Positions 12,131 to 25,431 of a stretch of DNA of 64,000 bases are shown here, in pieces. Made by a program: the position numbers and the translations under genes. The notes beneath the pieces are model-generated. The model ran no database searches and had not been told where the DNA came from. It saw nothing but the letters and a program-made list of their open reading frames with translations. Positions within the stretch are counted from its first letter, which is position 1. The number at the start of each line of letters is the position of its first letter. This DNA is from Dicyema japonicum (Eukaryota; Animalia; Dicyemida), in the NCBI GenBank assembly GCA_011109175.1, contig RDEW01000005.1, positions 1,360,657 through 1,424,656 of the forward strand, read 5' to 3'.

Positions 12131-13290
12131 TTAGTTAGTTAAAACACATCCGCGTTACCAGTAAACACTGTTTATGGTTTCGCTTGTGCCATTTTTTTCG
12201 ATTATCCTTTCCGTTAGCCTTTTCATCCATTTCGTTATCGTGCTCGTCTCCTGATTTCGTCCAGATAGTCTGCATCTATCAGTCGGCCCCCGATCACGGC
12301 ACAATCCTCCACAAGTGTTCTGGGAAGACAACTTCTTGGACGTCCTCTAAATTTAGAAGATACAGTGTAATCGAAAAATTCTTCCATGGCAGCATTGCAT
12401 GGTGTCTGTTCACCCATCCGTAGAATATGTCCAAAAAGGCGCAAGTAGGTTCAGACTTATTGGTCCACAATCAGTCAGTTTGTATAATTTATTGTTTGAG
12501 ATTTTATTTGGCCAAGATTAGGAGTTTTCTTAGTTGGCCTCTGTGAAACGAGTCGAGTTGTTCCCTGTCTTTTTTTGATGTACCCCAAGTACCTGCGTTG
12601 TAAATGAAGACTGGTCAGACAAATTCATTATATAAGCGCATCTAAGTAAGAAGTTGATTATTTCTCATAAGAATGGATTGTAATTTTTTGAGTACTATGG
12701 TGGCTAATATCTTTCGTCGTGTGATATCTTCTGAATCGCCAAGTATCGATCCGAGTTTTCGAGTGTTCTTCCACTTCTCATCAACTCGGGTTGGCGTTCT
12801 TTCAATAGTGGTTATTTTAGTTTGTCTTTATTGATTTTGAGGATAATTTACTCAAAGTTGTTTTCCCTCTCTTCATATAACTTCTATAAATTCCCGATCT
12901 TCAGAAACGAAATCGACGTCATCGCGTAAATAAGCTCCATGAAGTGACTGTCTATCCAATTTGTTCTTTTAGATCTCTCAGAGCAGCCTCCAGGTAGATG
13001 ATAAATAATACGGGAGATAGAATGTCTCTTTGTGGTGTTCTAACATTGGTAGAAATTGGTCTAGACACCTAAGAGCCAACTCTGACGAGTAGTTCAGCTT
13101 CAGATAATAGCATATTTATCATGCGCAGATTGTCTTCGTCGAGAACGTCTTTCAACACAGTTAGTAGTTTACTCCTGTTGATGATGTCATAGCCTTTCTC
13201 AAGTCGGTTCCCAGGATATTAAAGGATCGTTTGTACTTCTGACATATTGCAGTGATTCAGCGATGGCTTCAGACAACATCAGCCGTGGAT
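12131..13290 (-). mobile_element. RTE LINE 3' portion with (TAAC)n tail
   Basis: RLFGHILRM, FRGRPRSCLP, LGSILGD and YADD motifs. Near-identical to 15677-16140 and to the 3' end at 30590-30690. Confidence 0.8.
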
Positions 13291-13599
13291 CTTCCATGCT
13301 TTTTAAAATAATTTTTCAGTACTTAATAACCGAATAACATTATTAATGGGTCGTGACCTTTCTCAATTCTGCTATATTTTTAGCTGACAATAAATTAGTC
13401 TCAAACAGTTCTATCCGAGACTACAATTTATACTTTAATAGTGAAATACTCTACCTCATTCGTGAAAGAGATTTAAATCAAAATGTTTTAAGCGGTCTAA
13501 AGCAGTAGATGCAATGACTTTGCGTAATGTGTTCAGCAATATGACTGGACGAGGCTTTCTAGTGGTCCTTTTTATTTGTTGGGCTTTTGTATAGGTATT

Positions 13600-15620
13600 C
13601 CTTTTCCCTGGGGAAGAACCGAGTTAGATGTAAACATTCCATTAAATAATGTCAAAATAGTTCCAGAGACACATAGGTCCATATTTCAGAAGTTCCGCGG
13701 AAATACTATCCGGTTCAGCGACAAAAGCCTGTAAGAAGCAGGGTCCTCCCTTAATTTTCCAGGGTTCAGTGTTGGATGAATATTCGAAAGTTTCCATATA
13801 GATGCCTTGGTTTGTTTGAAAAACCATCTCTAATGAAGTTGGTTAATTTCTGTAGGTACGTTAATGTAGAACAATCGCTCTTGAATCCGTGTTGAAAATC
13901 CTTTTCTGGTAAGAAAGCCTTGATTCTCCCAAGCACAAGCCTTTCCAGGATTTTCGATATGGAACATAACAATGACACAGGTCTAAATGATGCCGGATCT
14001 TCCTTAGGTTTTCCAGGTTTCAGTATAGGTCGGATATTGGCTTGCTTCCATAACAACTGTATTACATTACAATTAATTGAATAGTTATACACCAACTCCA
14101 ATATCTCCAAGGTTCTTCAATAACACTACTGGAATGTTGTTGGGACCGGCAGAGTACGTTGTTTTTGTAAAATGCAGCGCATTCTTCACGTCTTCATCCA
14201 AGAAGTAGACTGGGTTAGAATCCTTCTTCAGTTTTCTGCGTGAAGAGAGAAGCACTTCCGACTTCCTGTGTTCCTTGTACGAAATTTTTGTGTAGAATTT
14301 TATCAAATTGTTAACGTATCGTTGAGTATAGTCATCCTCGGGGGAAGTTTCTTCTCCCTTTGCAACATTTCGGATGGCTTTCCACACTTCTCGGTACTAC
14401 GGTTGCGATTTACCTTTGTAAGAATCCGATTCCACTTCAATTCCTTGGCCTTGAACTCTCTGGCATTTATTTCGTTGTTTATAGCTCTGATCCGGAGTTT
14501 CGTTTTTAATGTGATCCAATTAGATTTTTTGAAGTGATTTCTTTCTTTGATCAATGCCGACTTTCCTCGACCATTAGAGAAGTTTAGACGATGCTTGGGA
14601 ATAGCCAATGATCTTACTTCTAGGATTGTGCAAGTAAAGTATTTGATCGCTTTTTCTAGCGATTTGAAGCTGACCAAGTAACAATTCTTCAGTCTATCAT
14701 CAGAGATTGCGCGATACAATTCCCAATTAGCAGCTTTGTAGTTATAACTAGCAGGTGTTCTCCTCACTCTGACTCTAGCGATTTGAAGCTGACCAAGTAA
14801 CAATTCTTCAGTCTATCATCAGAGATTGCGCGATACAATTCCCAATTAGCAGCTTTGTAGTTATAACTAGCAGGTGTTCTCCTCACTCTGACTTCTCTCA
14901 TGACCTTCACTTAATTCCGTTTATGTTTAGTTGGAGAGCAGTAAATTTCTTTTCACCACAGTGGGCTGAGGGTTTTCGCCGCGAATGTTTGGATTTTCTT
15001 GAAACACATCGCCGGAGGTCGATAATGACCCCGGGGGGAAGGGGTCTAATGGTCCTTTTCGGGAGGGTATTAGAAGCCCTCTGGGCGTTGTCAAATCCTT
15101 TTGAATTTTTTAATTGGTGGACCACATAACGCCACGCTACAATTATGAAAATAACTTCTGTGTTTGTGTCTTCAATCAGATTCCTAAATATCGAAAAGTG
15201 TTTATCGAACATATTGCCTCTCCTGACGAGGGTCAATAGTCCTCCACCTCGGTCTGATTGTCAGTCGACTCTCAATACATTTAAACCGGTAAATTTAGGA
15301 GTAGTGGATTTCCAAGAAAGCTTGGTCTTTTGTAATAGGCAGATATCAATTTTATTCCTCTCCAAATATGAACTTAGTTCGGATGCTTTGCCTCTAACTC
15401 CGTTAATGTTCAAGCTAAGTATCTTTAATACCTTTGGTCCCGGATTCATTACAACATCTCCTGACATGACGAGTCTCCACCGGAAAAGTGCACGGACGTG
15501 TAGGAATTGCCGTTTTGGGGAACTCCTCTTGATTGTCGTTGACAAATGGTTCTTTTTGGATACATTTTTGGTTTGTATCTGACCCCACCAGACAAGGCAC
15601 ATGACGCACGCTAATTTTAA
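13600..15620 (-). mobile_element. Vingi/Ingi-like LINE, rearranged, with a 2A-like motif ahead of the APE domain
   Basis: SGDVVMNPGP followed by APE start SLNINGVRGK..LLQKTK. A second APE start (LQLNINGI) lies near 14920. RT motifs KPGKPKEDPASFRPVSLL, QHGF and GFSNKP. Highly similar to 49430-50480 in opposite orientation. Contains a ~119-bp tandem duplication (14656-14893). Confidence 0.85.
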
Positions 15621-15676
15621 TCGTTTTGAAATTTTATTTAACCCCTCCATTCTATTTTAATCAAACAATTCAAGCT

Positions 15677-16140
15677 TAGTTAGTTAAAACACATATGCGT
15701 TACCAGTAAACACTGTTTATGGTTTCGCTTGTGCCATGTTTTTAGGATTATCCTTACCGCTAGTCTTTTCCATCCTTTTCGTTGTCGTCTTGTTTCCTGA
15801 TTTGTCCAGATCATCCGCATTTATCAGTCGGCCCCCTATCACTGCGTAATCTTTTGCAAGTGTCATTGGAAGACAACTTCTTGGACGTCCTCTGAATGCA
15901 AGAGATACAGTATGGTCGAAAAATTCTTCCATGGCAGCATTGCATGGTGTCTGTTCACCCATCCGTAGAATATGTCCAAAAAGGCGCAAGTAGGTTCAGA
16001 CTTATTGGTCCACAATCAGTCAGTTTGTATAATTTATTGTTTGAGATTTTCTTTGGCCAAGATTAGGAGTTTTCTTAGTTGGCCTCTGTGAAACGAGTCG
16101 AGTTGTTCCCTGTCTTTCTTTGATGTACCCCAAGTACCTG
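15677..16140 (-). mobile_element. RTE LINE 3' end running into an assembly gap
   Basis: Near-identical to 12131-12590; (TAAC)n tail. Confidence 0.8.
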
Positions 16141-16687
16141 NNNNNNNNNNNNNNNNNNNNNNNNNNNNNNNNNNNNNNNNNNNNNNNNNNNNNNNNNNNN
16201 NNNNNNNNNNNNNNNNNNNNNNNNNNNNNNNNNNNNNNNNNNNNNNNNNNNNNNNNNNNNNNNNNNNNNNNNNNNNNNNNNNNNNNNNNNNNNNNNNNNN
16301 NNNNNNNNNNNNNNNNNNNNNNNNNNNNNNNNNNNNNNNNNNNNNNNNNNNNNNNNNNNNNNNNNNNNNNNNNNNNNNNNNNNNNNNNNNNNNNNNNNNN
16401 NNNNNNNNNNNNNNNNNNNNNNNNNNNNNNNNNNNNNNNNNNNNNNNNNNNNNNNNNNNNNNNNNNNNNNNNNNNNNNNNNNNNNNNNNNNNNNNNNNNN
16501 NNNNNNNNNNNNNNNNNNNNNNNNNNNNNNNNNNNNNNNNNNNNNNNNNNNNNNNNNNNNNNNNNNNNNNNNNNNNNNNNNNNNNNNNNNNNNNNNNNNN
16601 NNNNNNNNNNNNNNNNNNNNNNNNNNNNNNNNNNNNNNNNNNNNNNNNNNNNNNNNNNNNNNNNNNNNNNNNNNNNNNNNNNNNNNT
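16141..16687. other. Assembly gap
   Basis: Run of N. Confidence 1.
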
Positions 16688-16979
16688 TGTTGATCCGCTT
16701 AAATGCTTCATAAATTTAATCCATAATTTCTCCTTTAAGAACATTACTGTTTTTATCTTCAAAAATTCTAAGATAATAATGGTATTCATCCAATTCATTG
16801 AAGAAACAATCTTTCTCAGAAAAGACTTCACGTTTGTTCCAACGTCTCCAACGACCGTTAGCATAGCAATTTTTAAATAAAGTTTATTCCTTCTCTTGTG
16901 ATTTATAAGTATTATGGCTATCGTGAAGGTGGTATATTATTGGTCGTTGAGTTAATGTAGGGACAATAATAATTTGTTT

Positions 16980-18430
16980 TAGGAACACAATATCCCTCAA
17001 TGTGTATGTGCTTCGTGACTTAATCAAGATTCTGCACAACAATTCTGTGGACATTGCTTAATTCAAAAAACGAAGGTTACAGCAAAGTCTAACTTTACAT
17101 TCCTGCAAAACTGATTCATTGTTATAAGAGGTCAGAGGAGGTCTCTCACTAATATATGCCAGCAATTGATGCCTATTGGAGGATCATTTCATTAAAATTA
17201 AGGATATCGGCTCCGGTTTAGATTAGTTCTGGAGCTGAAACTCTTTATTGCAAACTTCAAAAAGGACTTTTGACTTATATGAGAGTCGAAGCTTTCCAAA
17301 TCTATACTCTTTACTCTGAAAAGGCTGGATGAAATATTTATATTCCTCCTCGTCAGCCTCTTATACAAGTGGAACCCTCTCGTTGGACGACTATGCCATA
17401 AACATTGGAGTGCCAGTTATGGAAAACTTTAGAAGTATTAAAATTTTTATTAACGGGGGTGTACATCCCCCAGTCCCTAAAGTCTAAATGAACACGTGAA
17501 CAAGTTAATAAAACTCTATGCCGCGATCAGTCATAGTAACAATACTTTACACGTTAAGAAATACAGACCAAAGCCAGCGCCCCAGACTACTTTCTTAATA
17601 TGTATGATGTGGACAAGACCAAAATTACATGATACATTTTCCTTTGGTCCTGATGATGTCTCTGTTATACATCTTAAACACCATGAGTCGTGTTTACGGA
17701 TTTATGAAATTTTTCTCTCAATTCACATACACTTCAGAATATCTGGAAAAACTAATCACGCCAATTTCAAAAACGGGAAACCGAAGGATAACTATCTTCC
17801 AATTGCTTTTCCATAATAACTTGGATCATGTCGAAAGTCCTTGAGAGTCTTACTCTGATGCTAATCTCCCCTTCTCTGTCAATGCCTGCGTTCCAACATG
17901 GGTTTAGAGCAGGGCGATCTACCATGACTCAATTAGAATCTCACTTATATTAATCGACATACAGAAAGCCTTCTACTCTGTTTCGAGACCGCTCTTGACT
18001 AAGAAGATCTTTATTATCTTGGTTGTTCTGTCACACCTTAACTGAGAGGACGACTCCTTTTCCGCCAACATTTTATCTGTGTCTGTATCTGCATCGAAAT
18101 CCTAATTCACCCCTTTTACTACAGACAGGGAAATATGAAAAATATACAACTGGTAAACTTGGAAGTGTCCTCTCATCGGGCCTTTTGTTTGTGCTGCTTT
18201 TTTTTCCACTTACCCAATACAACCTCAGACCCAGGACATGTTTATAAGAAAGCCAATGATCAGAAGAGAAGGAAATGCCGAATCGTTAGATCCGACTTTC
18301 TTATAAGATTGCCTGTCGATCGGGTATTGCGAATATTTCTGACGACTTATTTACATTACAGCTGGGCGTGGGAGTCAAAGGCGGATGCAAAGTGGTTAGG
18401 AGTTCGTCAGGCTATTATATACTAAGAAAA
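16980..18430 (+). mobile_element. Highly degenerate Vingi/Jockey-like LINE
   Basis: Remnants of SLNV..IQKTK (APE), GPDD, KTGKPKD..YLPIA.. and ID..KAF (RT), all frameshifted. Confidence 0.55.
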
Positions 18431-18594
18431 AGAGTCCTTTTAAAATCGGATTGATGCAACGATTTCAATTAGGTCAGAAAAGTTATCATTATGGCAATTT
18501 TTACCATAAAGTGCCATTTTTAGAGGAAGGGTCATTTTTTATTAATGAGTTAAATTATATGAGGTTGATCCCGATATCCCGTCTGAATATCGCA

Positions 18595-18804
18595 ATGGAA
18601 GATTACCCCTCCTCCAGTGTAAAACGCTTTCGTGGAAGACCGAAAATTTATCCTTTGTTACCTATTGTATTATTTTTAAACCCTAAGACCACCAAGAAAA
18701 TGGAAGATTACTCCTCCTCCAGTGTAAAACGCTTTCGTGGAAGACCGAAAATTTTTCCTTTGTTACCTATTGTATTATTTTTAAACCCTAAGACCACCAA
18801 GAAA
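18595..18804 (+). repeat. Tandem duplication (~105 bp x2) of an RTE 3' remnant
   Basis: MEDY.SSSVKRFRGRPKI.PLLPIVL occurs twice with few substitutions. Confidence 0.8.
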
Positions 18805-19059
18805 GTATTATTTCGCTAAATTAAGTGATCTCAGCCTCCAACATTTCTCGTATTCTCTTCGAATGTTCCGCCAGTGAACCAACCGCGTTCCTGAAGTGTT
18901 TTCTTTTATTTCTGCATAGGAATTCTATCAGAGTGCACATTTTTGATGTCAATCTGAATTCCTCTGCATCATATTAGAGTCCTTCATCAATGTAGGAAGT
19001 TCTTAGAATTAAATTCAACAATTTATTATCACTTTTAAAACCAAAACTTATCTAATTAA

Positions 19060-19980
19060 ATGATTAAATTATTTGATTGTGGGATATATGGCACCATGAG
19101 GAAATCCACAATTATTTAGAATTAAATTCAACAATTTATTATCACTTTTAAAACCAAAACTTATCTAATTAAATGATTAAATTATTTGACTGTTGGATAT
19201 ATGGCACCATGAGGAAATCCACAATTATTTTTTCCGTGTGCCATTTTCATGTGACCATATATTCCCCATATTTCCCCTCATCCATTTTGTAGAATCAATA
19301 CGTTTCTCCCTTTAAAATTCCATAACCAACAACAGAAACTGACTGCATATATATCAAATTTGAACAATGTTTTAAATGGTATATTCCTACAACATTTCAA
19401 TTTATTTACTTCTACAGTATTTATTAAAGTTAGGAGTAGATCCAGACATTATAGCTTTAACAGAACCAAAATTCACAAGAACACGAAAAGCATTTTTTCG
19501 TCGTCGTCTTTAACTTTGTTGAACCCAGTCAAATTAAATTCAACATCTGGTCGACAATTATATTTGCATTCAAAGTAAATTTAACGACCATTATATTTGC
19601 AAACTGTATAATCTCAGAGTAATTCGTCTTCGAGTGTTTCATAGGAATTATAAGTCTTATAGAAAGAAATTTTATCAAATGAATAAAAATTAAATTAAGG
19701 CATCTGAATGGCCATGCTATTTTTCCTAACAATAGCCAACGAGACACGTTCTCGGAACCAACCAGTCTCTCGCGGATCCTTGGTCACGGTCTTATATAAA
19801 CTGAATTTGTTGGGTTTGATAACTTCTCTTTTTGTCTACAAAATATATAGCGAATTAACCATATCGGAAAACAAATTGATCCCCAATTCAAACAAAACCT
19901 TTCCTTCCTTAAAAAGTAAATTGTGGTTGTCAGTCAATTTAAACCGACGATTAAGTATGCTTTTGTCTCATAGGCTTATT
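19060..19980 (-). pseudogene. Cathepsin L paralog pseudogene (unprocessed)
   Basis: Aligns to 8085-9060 (DNHN..LFELGIN, a retained 24-nt intron, NNCGFPHGAIYP). Has in-frame stops and frameshifts, His replaced by Gln, deletion of the catalytic-Cys segment and a retroelement insertion. Confidence 0.85.
19662..19788 (-). mobile_element. 127-bp 5'-truncated CRE-like insertion
   Basis: Encodes KDPRETGWFRERVSLAIVRKNSMAI. Flanked by an 8-bp TSD GTCTTATA at 19654-19661 and 19789-19796. Confidence 0.8.
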
Positions 19981-20029
19981 TAGTTTCAATGTCAAATTTG
20001 TATAAGATCAATTAACGAATCTACCTGAA

Positions 20030-20530
20030 GATCTTTTCCCCCAATGCTTGACTCAATCGAAAAAAACGGTTCCGGATTCATGGTATTTGTGGTCACAAAA
20101 CAAGTTGTTTCTTCCATTCAAGATTAACGAATAAGATCTTTTCCCCCAATGCTTGACTCAATCGAAAAAAACGGTTCCGGATTCATGGTCTTTGTGGTCA
20201 CAAAACAAGTTGTTTATTCCATTCAAGACTAGATGCCTCAAATACACGTAAATTGGGAAAAAAGTGATCGTCGTCTATTCAGGAAAGCCGTGGGTACTCT
20301 GATGGATTATAAGAAAAACCTCTCGATCCTTTTGATGTGTACCGGGATCACTTAATTAGTTAGTTTACTCCTTCTTTCTNTGATCGTCGTCTATTCAGGA
20401 AAGCCGTGGGTGCTCTGGAAAAACATAAGAAAAACCTCTCGATCCTTTTGATGTGTACCGGGATCACTTAATTAGTTAATTTACTCCTTCTTTCTTGGTG
20501 TTCCTTTTTCGGGGTTATTAAATAAATAAT
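20030..20530 (+). mobile_element. Vingi-like LINE 3' ends (locally duplicated)
   Basis: High similarity to 2150-2446, including the 3' UTR GGGATCACTTAATTAGTT. Confidence 0.75.
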
Positions 20531-22334
20531 AATTTAACATCCAAAACCAAACTAATTATCATATACGTTCAATTAGAAACCTCAGCTTGACTCAGTGTTC
20601 CTCCATCCTGCCCGCGCTAGGCCGTACTGGGCGGCTGAGTGAATTTACGGGGCCACATTCTAGAGTCCATTCGTATAAGGGCCTCCATAAACGTCGGTTC
20701 AGTTCGGCGTTTCCCAAAAATCTAACGTTCCGTAACTCTAAAGAGACAACTCGTCTAAAGGCTAGTTATCCCCGAATTCGCCTATAAAATAGAGACAACT
20801 CGCCTATTGGGAAAAAATATGAATTTTAAATTCAAAAATCTTTTAACCGAGTAATCCCAAATTTTCGTATGTTCCGGAATTTGCCCGGCTTATGAGATCC
20901 TACAATAATGGAACATATTAATGGTTTATTTACAACTTTAAAGTTAGGAAAAAAAGTAATAAGTTCTCATCTAATAGTTGCTTCTCCTATCGACACATCC
21001 GGTAAACGGTGGGTCTCTCGATGAGCACAGGATGAAAATGGCGAGTGTGATAAGGGGAGCAGGGATTACCCAATTAGTTTGTTTGAGCTCGGATATTCTA
21101 CGAATATTAAACTTGTTTGGTTAACTTTCAGAAGGAAGATGAGACTAAGTGAGTTATTACCAAATGGAATCAAACACTCATCTCTTTCCCTATGGATTAC
21201 TTCGAAGTTCTCCTTTTATTTAATCTATTTATGCAAGATATGCAACAACCTATAAATAGAAATTATGTAATACTCATCTATGTATATGGTATTATCATAA
21301 CTACCAGGAATAGAGGTTTCTAAGCAGGGGTCATATAAAAATGCTTAACACTCTGACCACGACTTGAGATTTCCCCAACCAAGCCGTTTGTAACATTGTT
21401 TACTATATGTAGAAGAGACTATAACATCAAACTAATAATCCTCCTTAATAATACGACTATTCAGTCAATAGCTCATCAAACATTCTGTGATTCATGTTTG
21501 ACCAGGGACTTTCGACAAACATGTGGAATAGTTTGTGACAAATGAAGAGAATGACAACCTTAAAAATCGTCGCGAAAGCTCTTGGAAACAATGCTGGATC
21601 ACTACTATCTACATTCAATTTGTCCGGTCAGTATCCACATTTTCAAGTTAAATGTGTGTTATGACCATCTCCCGTTCCTGGATGAAATAATTGACAAAAT
21701 CCAGGAAGCCGCCACCAGAATCATATCATCTATGTCTCTCAAAACATTTATTAACACGGTTAACTTACTAAACAGCCCATTCTTATCAAATATTTCAAAA
21801 ATCAGCCGAAATACGAATAGAATCCGGACCAGTTATGGAGAGATGAGGTAAAGATTAAAAAGTGAAGGTAAAAAAATATCTCAAAACTTTGAGAGTGTTT
21901 AACACGCTGGTCTTCAACACTCTGACGAATGTCAGTATTAGTTAAATGACTCTTAAATTGTTAAGAAAGTTTATTTCTAAGAGAGAATCGTTCATTTGTG
22001 TCTAAAGTTTGTTAAAAGGGGAGGGTCTGTACTCAGTGGGTTCTTATGTAATTGTGTGATGAGTAAGATACCTACAGTGGAACATGGAATAACAATTATG
22101 AATGATAAAAGTCTCGGCTAATATTAGGAAAATTAAACTGAAGAATGAATCTGTTTTTTTTGGAGAGCAAATAATAGGCAAAACGTAAAAGAATAGTGCA
22201 ATCAAGCTTTTATAACATCTGAAATACCTTGGGGTATCTGTTTATCCGAATATCTCTAGGATATCAAAAGTTCCTTGAAAGGTACGATAAGGAAGGTAGG
22301 TGGATATGGATATGTCATTAAGGTGATCGGTTAT

Positions 22335-25300
22335 TATTATAGGCACGTACGCGATGCCAAGATCATGACAAAGCATGTGCAACACGAAAAGTTAACAATC
22401 TAATTAACGTCCCACCTCTTTTTCAATCCGTTGCCATGTTCCGTAGCATATCTATATCGTCCCCATCTTTAAGGCACTTTCCAATCCTCTTGAGATCTTC
22501 ATCTAGAATAACCGGCAGTGTTGTCCTCTGCTGGCCGCAGAAACGAGAAGCTTCTAAGACAAAATACTCCTCCATTGCTATGTTGGCAGGGATCCCCATA
22601 TCGTGGCAGAGTATGTGTCCAAAGAGCCTCCATCTTGAATCAGTAATATCACATGATATTGGCTCAGTTCCTGTTCTTTTGTATAAGATTTCGGACGGCA
22701 TTTTGAAAAAGCTTCAAGAAGAAAGGAGTGCTCGAATATGATTTCTGTGAAAAAAATTCAACTTTTTGAATTCCTGCCCTGTACATGCCCATGTACAGGC
22801 ATTATATAATAGGATTGGCCTCACTAGGGCATTGTATAGTCTCATTCGAGTTTTAGGGTCAAGCCCTTTGTGCAGAAGCCAAGTCTTCTTCATTTTATTG
22901 AAACGACATTAGTTAGTGTTTTCCTTCGTGTTATATCTTCGGTGTCACCGAGAAGGGATCCTAGTTTTTTTGATCTACGCCAGTGCTCCTCGGTCTTTTC
23001 CTCACTTCTTTTTAGCTCCGTGATTTCGGTTTTGTTTGTATTTACTTTTAATGACCATTCAGCCATTTTATCAGGCATTTTCTCCAAAAGTGCAATTAAC
23101 TCTTCTTTGTTATTCGAAATAAAGTCCACGTCATCCGCATATGCTATTATGCTCGTTCCTTCTCCGATATGAGGCTTCAAGTCTCGTAGAGCTGCCTCCA
23201 GATAAATAATAAACAAAATCGGGGATAATGGATCTCCTTGAGGGGTACCAATTGTCGTTTCAAATGTCCTCGATAAAGCTTTCCCAGTCCTGACCATCAA
23301 ACTCGTGTCCGTCAAGAGTGTCTTTACCATCCTAATCGTTGAGCCTTCCAAGAAGTGCTCCAGTATTTGCAGCAGCTTGTTCCTGTTGACGGAATCAAAG
23401 GCCTTTGACATATCAATCCCCAGAATGGTTGTCGTTATTTTAAATTTTTGAACAGTCGCACTTCTCCATTTGTGGCTCCATATAACATCTGACGTTGATC
23501 TCCCTTTGCGGAAGCCACTTTGATAAGCCGACAGGTACGAGTCTAGGCGTCCCTCCATTCTTTGAAGCGTAATATTGGCTAGTATCTTCCGTAATGTGTT
23601 GGTTAAGACCACTGGTCTTAGGTTCTCAACTTTCCCCGATTTTTTGTTTGGCTTCTGTACTGGTATCAATAGTCCTTCTCCAAGTGGCAAAGTGGCTCCT
23701 TTACTATACGTTTCGTTTAGAATCCAGGCAATTATCATGTATAGCTTTTGAGTTCCATATTTGAAAAATTCACCATTTAAGCCATCTGGGCCGGGACTCT
23801 TATTGTCCTTCAGTTTGTAACTTGCTGTCATCACTTCTTCCAAAGTTATTTCTTTGTCTAATTTTCCCTGATCCGTGTTAATGGTGAGTTTTTTGCTATT
23901 TTTTGATACGAATTGTGCTTCAAAATAATCCGCTATAAGTTCTGCAATTTCTTGTTGGTTAGCAATATGTTTTTCTTCTTCATCTCGTAAAGTCAGTGTT
24001 TTACTTGGTAGTTTTCTGATTTGTCCGACAGCTTCATAAAACTTCGCATTGTCTTTAAGGCCTTCGATTTTCTCTATTTTTGTTATTGTTTCGTTCTTTA
24101 ATATCCGACGTGCAGCTTTTCTTATTTTCTTTTTGATGACTGTTCTTTCCTTTTGTAGCCGCTGTTTCGTATTTTTGTCATCTGTATTTAGACATTGTAT
24201 CCATATCGCCTTTTGTTGATTTGCAAGGAGTTTCAAAGCGGTTGCTTCTTCAGTGGGTGTTTTAGTTACGTAGTCCTCTTTCAGGTATATATCCGCAGCA
24301 ATCATGATCTTCTGTTTGACCAAGGTCCACGCAATTTGCGGTGCCAAATCTACTGATATTTCTTCCAATCCCTCATCGAGGTATTTTCTGAATTCCTCTC
24401 CCTGGATAGTATTGTTCTTTAGATGGTCTAAAACGTATCCCTTCCCCCGCAGTTCCGTGTGTCCATTGCACTTTCTTTTCATCCCTTGCAAACCCATAAG
24501 TTTCTTTATGGACATTTTGGCAATAACCATCTTGTGATCGCTGTCAATTATAGACCCTCCATAAGCACGGGCATCAGTGACAATACTGCGGTCTTTTTGT
24601 CTGCAAATAATGTAGTCTATTTGATTGTAGATTTTCGCAATGCTTCCGTCAGACTTAGTTCTATTGCCTGACCAAGTTGTCCTGTGTCTTGCTGAGTGCA
24701 TAAAGGCCGTGTTACAAAGGAATAGATTATTTGCTTGACAAAAGCTAGCTAACAAGGTTCCTGCAATGTTCCTTTTTCCCCTTCCATGTCTTCCAATGAA
24801 TGCTTCTTCTATAGTGATTCGACTTCCAACTTTTGCATTAAGATCACCGGCAATCAATATTAATGTGGAATTTGCATAATTGGAATAAACATCAGACAGA
24901 TTCGCATAAAAGTCGTCAATTTCCTCGGGTTTCTTATTGATCCATCCACTATGTGGAGCATATGCGTTAATAATAGTAAGATAACTCTTCGGAGAGTTAT
25001 GATCGTCCAATGTTATTTGTAAAATCCCAATCCTTTCATTGATTGTCCAATAACGGTATATGCACCGGAGTAGGTCCTTTCTTACAGCAAATCCAAGTCC
25101 GTAATGTTTTGATCCCCCAGAGAGAAAGATTAACTGAAACTTTCCGTGTTGTTCTTCAAACTCCTTCGATAATTTTGTCTCTTGGAGACATCCGACTGAT
25201 ATCTTGTATTTTGAAAGGTCTTCACAAAGTTCTTTTCTTTTCCATGCACTAGAGAGTCCTCTGACATTGAACGTTAAAAGAGAGAAGTCATTTAGGTTGC

Positions 25301-25367
25301 AATTTTCGTGTTTTTCAGACATACTTTTCAAGAGGGACGTCACCACTTCAACCAAAGGTTAGTGTTA
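22335..25367 (-). mobile_element. Full-length RTE LINE (~3.03 kb), nearly intact
   Basis: 821-aa ORF with APE (TFNVRGL, QETK, GDLNAKVG, SDH) and RT (PQGDPLSP, YADD). Frameshifted C-terminus RWRLFGHIL. 12-bp TSD GTGATCGGTTAT at 22323-22334 and 25368-25379. Confidence 0.95.
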
Positions 25368-25431
25368 GTGATCGGTTATATCTACTAATTTGTTACCATA
25401 AAGTTAAATTAATTCAGTTTATGACTTAAAT

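Noticed and set aside
20587-20810. GC-richer island with a short AGAGACAACTCG repeat
   Set aside because: No recognisable RNA or protein family. Most likely a LINE 5' region, with too little evidence to call.
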